Shown in pieces: positions 9,018-16,487 of a DNA stretch of 64,000 nucleotides (position 1 is the stretch's first letter; each line of letters opens with the position of its first letter). The notes under the pieces were generated by a model, which ran no database searches, was not told the origin of the DNA, and was given only the letters and a program-made list of their open reading frames with translations. Origin of the DNA: a virus; the IMG/VR virus record IMGVR_UViG_3300046786_000748, positions 32,001-96,000 of that record; one strand, 5' to 3'. The translations under genes were made by a program, and so were the position numbers.

Positions 9018-11570
9018 ATGGCAGTCGTCTATTATCCAAAACAATCTATAGTTCTTAAAAGAGACACGGTTAGTGCATCTTTTGAACAAGTTGTTTTAAA
9101 TACCACACCAAATACAATTCTCTATTTTGGTTCCGGTTCTCTCTCTGAAATATCCGGCTCTACAATTTACATTACTTCTAGTCACGCCCTAACTGCATCT
9201 TATCTCATGGGGTTTATAGAATCCGCTTCATTTGCTTCATTCGCTTTAAGTGCCTCATGGGCTCCTTCAGTTCAAAGCGAAGGTTCTGTTTCGTCATCGT
9301 GGGCTAGTTCAAGTTTATCAGCAAGTTATGCTACACTTGCTTTGAACTCCATCAATGGAAGCGTATCCGCTTCTTATGCTTTAACTGCATCATACTCGTC
9401 GAATGCCTCTTCGGAATCTTCTAGTTACGCACTTACAGCAAGTTATGCTTTAAATGGCGGTTCTGGTGGAACAACACTAACAACGGGTTCTTTTTATCCA
9501 ATAACTTCAAGTTGGTCGGTTTCAGCAAGTTGGGCTCCTAGTTCTCAAACAGTTGCATCTGTATCATCATCTTGGGCTAGTAGTTCACTGAGTTCTAGCT
9601 ATGCTATTTTAGCTTTAAACGTAATTAATGGTAACGTTTCTGCATCTTATGCGTTATCAGCATCCTATGCACCAAGTTCTCCATCTGTTTCTGCTTCATA
9701 TGCTTTAAGTTCTTCATATGCACCATTCACACAAGTTTATCAATCCAACACAACATCGGCAAGTTGGGCTAGCAGTTCTTTAACAGCAAGTTATTTACCT
9801 CCTGGAAATTATGCAATAACTTCTTCATGGACGACAAATTTACCACCCCATACTGCTTCATGGGCAGGGAATGCAATAGTTTCAAATACAAGTTTATATG
9901 CTTCTCAATCTCAGTGGTCAATTTCTTCAAGCTATTCTTCTGGTTCTACTACAGCAGTAACAGCTACAAACCTCGGATTAACAGCTTATAATATTTCTGT
10001 AACCTTTGCTTCTCAAAGTCAATTAGCTATCACTTCATCGTGGGCAAGCAGTTCACTATCTTCATCATTTGCTATAAGTGCAAGTTATTCTGCATATCTC
10101 TATTACAATGTAACGCAATCTTTAACTCTTATAAGTTCAGCTTCGTGGGCTTCAGCAAGCTTAAGTTCAAGTTACTTAACTCCAGGAACATATCAAATAA
10201 CTTCGTCCTGGGTTACAAACCTTCCTGCTCATACAGCTTCTTGGGCTGGTAATGCGAACGTTGCTAATACAAGTTTATATGCTTCTCAATCCAACTGGGC
10301 TATATCTTCCAGTTATGCTTCAGGATCTACAACGTCAGTAACTGCAACTAATCTAGGGTTAACTGCTTATAACATAAGCGTAACTTATGCTTCGCAATCA
10401 AGATGGGCTATATCAGCAAGTTGGGCTTCAAGTTCACTTACATCAAGCCACTTGCCTCCTGGAACTTATCAAATAACTTCTTCTTGGGCTGGAAATTCAA
10501 TAGTATCAAATACTTCTTTGTTTGCTTCACAATCACAATGGTCAGTTTCATCTTCGTATGCTACGAGTTCAACCAGATCCGACGTAAGTTTAGTTCAAAA
10601 TACAGGATCTAATGATACGTCATATTTGACGTTTGTTTTAAATACAGGAAGTTATCAGAACAACTACGTCACAACATCAATAACTGTTAATGCTGGATTG
10701 GGCAGATTAACTGCCACAAGTTTTACAGGAAGTCATTTCGGAAATACAATAGGAACGTCAAGTTGGTCAGTTTCAGCTTCATGGGCTCCATCAAACGGTG
10801 TTGTAAGTTCAGCTTCGTGGTCTTCAGCAAGCTTAAGTTCAAGTTACTTAACTCCAGGAATTTATTCAATAACTTCATCGTGGGTAGTTAATTTGCCTGC
10901 TCATACAGCTTCATGGGCAGGAAACGCAATAGTTTCAAATACAAGTTTATACTCTTCACAATCTCAGTGGAGTATATCTGCTTCATATGCTTCAAGTTCA
11001 ACAATTGCTAATACAGCTACAACAGCTACTAATCTTGGATTAACATCTTATAATATTTCTGTCATTCACGCTTCGCAATCTCATTGGGCTACTTCAGCAA
11101 GTTATGCATCAAGTTCAACATCCGCTTCTTATGCTACACTTGCTCTCAATGTATTGAACGGAGGAGTTTCTTCATCATACGCATTATCTGCAAGTTATGC
11201 TCTTAATGGTGGTGGTGGACCAAGCATTTCTTCATCATACGCATCTACTTCTAGTTGGGCAAGTAATTTAGTAATAACATCTTCCGCACAAACTACCGGA
11301 AGTTACATCTTAGTTAGCGATGATAATGGTAAAGTAATTACATTCCAAAATGCTACAACTAATAGCATTGTTATTCCAGCTTCATTACCAACGAATTTTA
11401 ACTGTTTTTTGGTATCAGTATCTACCAGCAGTGTACAAGTTACTGGATCTGGTGGTATTCAACTTAATAATGCTAATAACTGTTTCAAGTTAAGTGGAAG
11501 ATATTCAGCCGCTTCCATTGTTGGATACTTGCCAGAAAAATACATTCTATTTGGTGATGTTTCTTTATGA
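9018..11570 (+). CDS. Ser-rich repeat tail fibre with C-terminal adaptor domain
   Basis: 850 aa; SASYA/SSSWA repeats and ~100-130-aa internal repeats; C-terminal YILVSDDNGKVI...YILFGD domain; ATGA overlap with next gene. Confidence 0.65.
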   Translation: MAVVYYPKQSIVLKRDTVSASFEQVVLNTTPNTILYFGSGSLSEISGSTIYITSSHALTASYLMGFIESASFASFALSASWAPSVQSEGSVSSSWASSSLSASYATLALNSINGSVSASYALTASYSSNASSESSSYALTASYALNGGSGGTTLTTGSFYPITSSWSVSASWAPSSQTVASVSSSWASSSLSSSYAILALNVINGNVSASYALSASYAPSSPSVSASYALSSSYAPFTQVYQSNTTSASWASSSLTASYLPPGNYAITSSWTTNLPPHTASWAGNAIVSNTSLYASQSQWSISSSYSSGSTTAVTATNLGLTAYNISVTFASQSQLAITSSWASSSLSSSFAISASYSAYLYYNVTQSLTLISSASWASASLSSSYLTPGTYQITSSWVTNLPAHTASWAGNANVANTSLYASQSNWAISSSYASGSTTSVTATNLGLTAYNISVTYASQSRWAISASWASSSLTSSHLPPGTYQITSSWAGNSIVSNTSLFASQSQWSVSSSYATSSTRSDVSLVQNTGSNDTSYLTFVLNTGSYQNNYVTTSITVNAGLGRLTATSFTGSHFGNTIGTSSWSVSASWAPSNGVVSSASWSSASLSSSYLTPGIYSITSSWVVNLPAHTASWAGNAIVSNTSLYSSQSQWSISASYASSSTIANTATTATNLGLTSYNISVIHASQSHWATSASYASSSTSASYATLALNVLNGGVSSSYALSASYALNGGGGPSISSSYASTSSWASNLVITSSAQTTGSYILVSDDNGKVITFQNATTNSIVIPASLPTNFNCFLVSVSTSSVQVTGSGGIQLNNANNCFKLSGRYSAASIVGYLPEKYILFGDVSL
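10132..10860 (+). repeat. Near-identical 57-nt direct repeat pair (10132-10188 and 10804-10860) in the fibre gene
   Basis: taagttcagcttcgtgg[g/t]cttcagcaagcttaagttcaagttacttaactccaggaa, 1 mismatch. Confidence 0.85.
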
Positions 11571-12796
11571 TCAACCACGGTTCAATTACTGCTTACTTAG
11601 ATCCAGATGCCGCTAAAATTAGAAATGATGTATTAGCGGCAAGTGGTTCTGTTTCTAATTTCGGTGAATTAAATACTGCTTGGAAAAATTTGAATAGATG
11701 TTTGAATTTGAGTTCGTCCGTTGAAAAATATGTAGCAACAACTACAAATGGATATGAATTTCTTGCCGCATTAAGCCAAAGTATATTAGCTATTACAACT
11801 TCTGATAGAATAGATACACAAATAACAAGCAGTGTTGGTAGTGGTGGTGGAAGTTCTACTTTACGTCCTATCTTGTGTCCAGATGGTACTATCTATTGTC
11901 CACCTTACGGTGCTACTAATGCTGGATATTATTATTTACCTGATACCAATCAATTCTTTACGGCTTCTGGTCAAGCAGCCGTAGCTGCTAATCAATATGT
12001 AAGTGCCGTGTTACAGCCAGATGGAAAAGTATTTTGTGTTCCTTATTCGATGACAGCAAGTCGTGTATTTGATCCAGCAACTAAATCGGTTGTGTTTAAA
12101 GGTAAGTTCGCTGGTGGTGGACAATTTGCTGGTGGTGTTCAACTACCAAACGGTAAAATATTTTGCAATCCGTATAATGGCACAAGAGCAATTATATGGG
12201 ACCCATTAACCGAAACTTCCAGTTCTTCCGATGGTTTAACTTATTCTGGCAGTGCTGCGTCACATGGTTGTGTATTGGCGGCAAATGGTAAAGTATATTC
12301 AATTCCATTTAACGCAACTAAAGTATATGTTTATGACTATAGAACAAATTTAACAACTACTGGAAGTGGAACATATGCTGGTAGTCAGGCATTTTTAAGC
12401 GGTGTATTATTACCTAATGGTAAAATATTTTTCCATCCTTGGCTTTCAACATCAGCAAGAATATATGATCCAGAAACGGATATAGTGACTACACCAGCAC
12501 CAACATTTCCGGGAACCAGCGGATATCTTGGCAGTGTGTTAATGCTTGATGGAAGAGTTATATTAATTCCATCTAATCAATTAAGGCCCGGTTTTTATAA
12601 TTACACAACAGATACTTATTCAACTGGTTCGGTAGCTTGGCACGCTGGGACATTTGGTTTTTATAGTGGTGCGTTAATGAAGAATGGAAAAATATTTGCT
12701 TGTGGTTATAATCATGTACGAAACGAAATTTTTACACCAAATTATGTTAGTGCATCAAGCACACTAGCATTATCAACATTTTTAAACAAAGCCTAA
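11567..12796 (+). CDS. Beta-propeller repeat protein, probable receptor-binding tip
   Basis: About 7 repeats of G-x-V-L-x-P-[ND]-G-K-[IV]-F-x-x-P-Y...YDP spaced ~43 aa apart. Confidence 0.6.
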   Translation: MINHGSITAYLDPDAAKIRNDVLAASGSVSNFGELNTAWKNLNRCLNLSSSVEKYVATTTNGYEFLAALSQSILAITTSDRIDTQITSSVGSGGGSSTLRPILCPDGTIYCPPYGATNAGYYYLPDTNQFFTASGQAAVAANQYVSAVLQPDGKVFCVPYSMTASRVFDPATKSVVFKGKFAGGGQFAGGVQLPNGKIFCNPYNGTRAIIWDPLTETSSSSDGLTYSGSAASHGCVLAANGKVYSIPFNATKVYVYDYRTNLTTTGSGTYAGSQAFLSGVLLPNGKIFFHPWLSTSARIYDPETDIVTTPAPTFPGTSGYLGSVLMLDGRVILIPSNQLRPGFYNYTTDTYSTGSVAWHAGTFGFYSGALMKNGKIFACGYNHVRNEIFTPNYVSASSTLALSTFLNKA

Positions 12797-12802
12797 TCTA
12801 TT

Positions 12803-13285
12803 ATGAATGTATTTGTATTTGACAACTATTTGGAATATGTTTCACCAGCAGACGGTGTAACGGTATTGCGACATATGTTATTGGAACTGCCTAGTTTTAA
12901 AGATCATACAATTTTATATGATTTCACTTATAGTGATTTGGCACCGGAACAAAAAGCAATCCTACATGAAAGCGGTGATCCAGTTGCTGTAAGATTGCTA
13001 AATAACTTGCCAGCAAGAAGTAAAGAAGAACTAAGGAAATTAATGATAGTCACTCCTGCTCAGTTAAGGTTGGCATTACTTCAATCAGGCATTTTACCAT
13101 CCCAAATCACCGATGTAATCAGTCAATTGCCTGATGCTGCGCAACGTGAGACTGTCGGTATTCTTTGGGAATATGCCACACAGTTTGAAAGAAATCATCC
13201 GTTTGTTGCTCAAATTGGAATTATGTTTGGTAAGACGGAAGAAGAAATTGACCAGATTTTCACAGTCGCTAAGACACTGAACTAA
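12803..13285 (+). CDS. Tail-fibre-associated/assembly chaperone-like protein
   Basis: C-terminal VTPAQLRLALL...WEYATQFERNHP...TEEEIDQIF domain, commonly found downstream of fibre genes. Confidence 0.55.
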   Translation: MNVFVFDNYLEYVSPADGVTVLRHMLLELPSFKDHTILYDFTYSDLAPEQKAILHESGDPVAVRLLNNLPARSKEELRKLMIVTPAQLRLALLQSGILPSQITDVISQLPDAAQRETVGILWEYATQFERNHPFVAQIGIMFGKTEEEIDQIFTVAKTLN

Positions 13286-13306
13286 CTATTTATATCTATA
13301 CACTTT

Positions 13307-14185
13307 TTAAACTCTTGGTGTAAAATTAACAGGGTCATAAATAGCTGTCATTTCTTTAATAAACGGTTTCATTACTTCATCTTTTAATGCTTCCTGAAAA
13401 CAGTCTTCCCAAGATTTTACTTTTGGATTTCCAATCTCGTTTAATTCAGGATTGTTATGAATTTCCCTAGCTTTTGAAGCCCATTTGGAAGCAGCCTGTG
13501 TTCTCCACTTGTCTTTATCACCACTCTTTTTGTTTCTAAAAGTCAATTCAAAAGATAATTGTTTACCATTCTCAAATATAGCAGAAATTGATTGACTTCC
13601 TTCATGTACAAACCACCCATCTCCCTGTCTAAAACTTTCATTAATTGGTGCTGTTTCCTGAGTTTCCCTAGACATCCCCTTCCAATCAGAATGGTCTACA
13701 CCCCAGTTTTTAACATAAGGTTTCATTCTTTCACTACTTAATGCTTCGACAAAACATTCTTTCCAAGATTTTCTTTTGAAATAAGGATCATTTGGATCTG
13801 TTGGACGAATTCTTGAGTTGTGTAGTCTATGAATCTTTTGAGTTTCAATCATCCACCTTCTAACCGCCTTTTTACCCCACTCTTGTATCTTTCTAAACTC
13901 CGGTCTGTAAGGACCAATAGAATTACCAACCAATTCTCCAAGTTCTTGTGGATATTGAACTTCAAACCAAATTCTTGCTTGTTCTCGGTGATATCCCTCA
14001 GGACCTATGTAAACACAAGCACCTGTAGTTCCACTTTCCCAATCATTTGCTCCTTGATAAGCAGACCAACCATTCCCCTGTTCAAACATATCAAAATTTT
14101 CAGGAACACGAAATGGTTTGGCGTCTTTAGACGACACAAACCCAGGAACATAGAGTTCTTCTAAAAGGTGTTTTAAGTGAATCAT
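13307..14185 (-). CDS. Hypothetical two-repeat protein with head-targeting-like leader and capsid-identical C-terminal peptide
   Basis: 292 aa; starts MIHLKHLLEE; two copies of F-x-QG-x-GW...KSW-x-x-CF-x-EAL...MKP; ends YDPVNFTPRV. Confidence 0.75.
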   Translation of the reverse strand: MIHLKHLLEELYVPGFVSSKDAKPFRVPENFDMFEQGNGWSAYQGANDWESGTTGACVYIGPEGYHREQARIWFEVQYPQELGELVGNSIGPYRPEFRKIQEWGKKAVRRWMIETQKIHRLHNSRIRPTDPNDPYFKRKSWKECFVEALSSERMKPYVKNWGVDHSDWKGMSRETQETAPINESFRQGDGWFVHEGSQSISAIFENGKQLSFELTFRNKKSGDKDKWRTQAASKWASKAREIHNNPELNEIGNPKVKSWEDCFQEALKDEVMKPFIKEMTAIYDPVNFTPRV

Positions 14186-14186
14186 A

Positions 14187-14990
14187 TCAAATTATAAATA
14201 TCGGATTCTTATTACAAAACTCGTCTAATGCTTTGAATAATTCAACATTATTAGCCCACTCCTTAAGTGGTTTCTGTTCATCTTCCGGATTTTCATCCGA
14301 AACAACAGGTTCTTCTTCTGGCTCTTGTGGAGTTTGCATCGGATCATCAACAGGTTTTGTAGCTACTGTAGGTTCTAGTTCTGGCTCAGGAGTTTGAGTT
14401 GGATCAATCGGTTTTTCCAATTCTGGCTCAGGTTCTTCTGGTGGTAATTTTTCCTTGGGAGGAGTTGTTGGAACAGCCACAGGAGTTTGATTGGGTGGTT
14501 GTGTTGGGTCGGGAGAAGGAACAGGTTCGCCTTCAATATTAGTTCTTAAATACTCTTTTAAAGCAATAAGATGTTTACAAAGACCAGGACCACGGTTAAT
14601 AGAAGATGGATAGTTCAATCCTTTGTTCAAACTACCAGGACCGTTTTCACCTGCGTCTTGTTGTTTATTAGCATAACTAAATCTAAACCTATAATCAGGA
14701 CAACTGCAATCAACTGAACAAGGAACTTTCATTGCGTTATCGCCAGGATTCATTTCTTCTTTGTAAAAATAAATAAACCCTTGGTGTCTCAATCCCGTAG
14801 TATTTTCGTCTCTAGGAGTTTTATAAGAAAATTTCCAAGCCTCTCTGTCGTTTATAGATTTAGCTACAAGAGATTTTGCTGGGATTCTATTCGCTCTGTC
14901 TTTTCTAGCAGAATCAGAAGCACGCATGAGATCTTCATAAGACATTTTCTCAACAAGCATTTCTGAAATTAATGAACGAAGTTTAATCAT
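14187..14990 (-). CDS. SWIM zinc-finger protein with Pro/Glu-rich tail
   Basis: VDCSCPDY...GLCKHLIAL (CxC-xn-CxH); leader MIKLRSLISE. Confidence 0.7.
   Translation of the reverse strand: MIKLRSLISEMLVEKMSYEDLMRASDSARKDRANRIPAKSLVAKSINDREAWKFSYKTPRDENTTGLRHQGFIYFYKEEMNPGDNAMKVPCSVDCSCPDYRFRFSYANKQQDAGENGPGSLNKGLNYPSSINRGPGLCKHLIALKEYLRTNIEGEPVPSPDPTQPPNQTPVAVPTTPPKEKLPPEEPEPELEKPIDPTQTPEPELEPTVATKPVDDPMQTPQEPEEEPVVSDENPEDEQKPLKEWANNVELFKALDEFCNKNPIFII
14193..14200 (-). promoter_or_regulatory. TATTTATA putative late promoter motif
   Basis: 7 nt before ATG 14185, embedded in the 3' end of the upstream gene. Confidence 0.5.
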
Positions 14991-14991
14991 A

Positions 14992-15549
14992 TTAGTTGAA
15001 TCCCAATCTCATAACCATCGTTGTTAAAATTGGACATTGAAATTTGTTTTTATCATAATACATCCATTCAATAGTACCTTCACTATCAAACTTAGAACCA
15101 TCTCCTGTTTTTTTAGAAGGTTCTTTATCACCAACATCAACTGCGTATAAATAATAAATAGTATCTGTTGATTTAGTACCTCTACAAGTTCCCAATGATT
15201 TCAAATCTTTCTCTTTTACTTCATATCCACTTTCTTCTTTAATTTCTTTTACAGCAGTTTCTTCAGGAGACATGCCTTTTTCACAACCACCTGTCAAAGC
15301 AGATAAGTTCTTTTCTTTCCCCCAAGCAGGAGTAACTTCTTTTCTAACCCCATATTCCCACGCATCCCTACCTTTTCTTCTATACAATAAAACCCCTACT
15401 ATTTTACCCTGACAACGTTCTTCGTGGAGATAAAAATAACCATCTTCGTCTTTAACAAGTTTAATTTTTTTAATGGAAATCCACTCGTTTTCATAAACGG
15501 TTTCTTCTTTTTTATTTCCTTCACAGAGAAGATGTTTTAACTTAATCAT
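14992..15549 (-). CDS. NUDIX hydrolase
   Basis: Variant Nudix box GGCEKGMSPEETAVKEIKEESGY; leader MIKLKHLLCE. Confidence 0.85.
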   Translation of the reverse strand: MIKLKHLLCEGNKKEETVYENEWISIKKIKLVKDEDGYFYLHEERCQGKIVGVLLYRRKGRDAWEYGVRKEVTPAWGKEKNLSALTGGCEKGMSPEETAVKEIKEESGYEVKEKDLKSLGTCRGTKSTDTIYYLYAVDVGDKEPSKKTGDGSKFDSEGTIEWMYYDKNKFQCPILTTMVMRLGFN

Positions 15550-15557
15550 AAATCAAA

Positions 15558-15565
15558 TATAAATA
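15558..15565 (-). promoter_or_regulatory. TATTTATA putative late promoter motif
   Basis: 8 nt before ATG 15549. Confidence 0.55.
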
Positions 15566-16333
15566 TTACGATATTAACTCGTTCTTAAGTTTTCTTTTAT
15601 GATACTTTACAGCACTTATACTGATTTTATATTTTGTTGAAAGTTGAATAATTGTATGTTGGTCGGATAAAATATCTTTAATTAAGTCCGATTTAATTTT
15701 CTTTAAAATTTGTTTATTGAGTTTTATTTTCTGTTTGTTTTCTTCTGACATTGGACCCAAAACCATTCCGGACCTTCGGTTTGGATTACTGTAGTTCATT
15801 GTTCTATTTTTTAACATAATTCGCCGATCATTAAACTTTTGTTGACCCACTTCTTTTCCATATTTGTTTGTAAACCACTCCATAGAGAACCTACCCTTCG
15901 CTTTTTCTTTTTGTAGTTGTTTGGATTCCTCTGTGTGGTTTCTGCCATACATAGGATTGTTTTCACCTAATGAAATAGTCCTCATTTTTTCAATAAACAC
16001 ATCTCTATTTGGATTATATGTTATATTATCACCACCGTTGGCTGTCGGACATATGTTATATCCGATATCTCTCATGTAAGGTTTAAACAAATCCAGATAA
16101 TGTTGTTCTCTATCCAAGAGAATAATTTTTTCCGAAAGAGTTTCTTCAACAATTTCAAACAGGAATTTATCGTTGCCATAAAAATCCCAGGCGTGTTGAA
16201 GTTTTGGGTTTATATGATATCCACCATTTAGATATTGTTTGTGTTCTTCCCACCTATAATCTATATCTTTAGCAGAACCGATATAAAATTTTCCGTTAAC
16301 AGTATTAGTTATTTTGTAAATTCCACTTTTCAT
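15566..16333 (-). CDS. Free-standing GIY-YIG homing endonuclease (NUMOD3 and C-terminal HTH)
   Basis: SGIYKITNTVNGKFYIGS...REQHYLD...GYNI; GENNPMYGRNHTEESK; lies directly downstream of the capsid gene. Confidence 0.9.
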   Translation of the reverse strand: MKSGIYKITNTVNGKFYIGSAKDIDYRWEEHKQYLNGGYHINPKLQHAWDFYGNDKFLFEIVEETLSEKIILLDREQHYLDLFKPYMRDIGYNICPTANGGDNITYNPNRDVFIEKMRTISLGENNPMYGRNHTEESKQLQKEKAKGRFSMEWFTNKYGKEVGQQKFNDRRIMLKNRTMNYSNPNRRSGMVLGPMSEENKQKIKLNKQILKKIKSDLIKDILSDQHTIIQLSTKYKISISAVKYHKRKLKNELIS

Positions 16334-16338
16334 ATGTC

Positions 16339-16381
16339 TATAAATATCATGAATTTTACGGAATAATCAAACATTTGTCAA
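16339..16381 (-). promoter_or_regulatory. Tandem sigma70-type promoter (TTGACA-17-TAAAAT) and TATTTATA motif
   Basis: TTGACA 16381-16376, TAAAAT 16358-16353, TATTTATA 16346-16339. Confidence 0.6.
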
Positions 16382-16432
16382 CATTTTATTTTGAACATAT
16401 TATATGAAATTTATTGAGTAAATAAATGCAAG

Positions 16433-16460
16433 AAAAAGAGCCTCATTTCTGAGGCTCTTT
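16433..16460 (-). terminator. Intrinsic terminator after major capsid gene
   Basis: 11-bp stem AAAGAGCCTCA/TGAGGCTCTTT, GAAA loop on minus strand, U-tract. Confidence 0.85.
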
Positions 16461-16487
16461 GCGTTTATAAGTTATTGGTTACCAAGA

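Noticed and set aside
9750-11110. Repeats as a CRISPR array or DGR template/variable pair
   Set aside because: The repeats are in-frame coding units without unique spacers, differences are not adenine-specific, and no reverse transcriptase or cas gene is in the window.
13287-13294. TATTTATA on the plus strand after the last plus-strand gene, pointing antisense into the 292-aa gene
   Set aside because: No downstream plus-strand ORF; a single 8-mer in an AT-rich gap may be chance. An antisense transcript cannot be supported from sequence alone.
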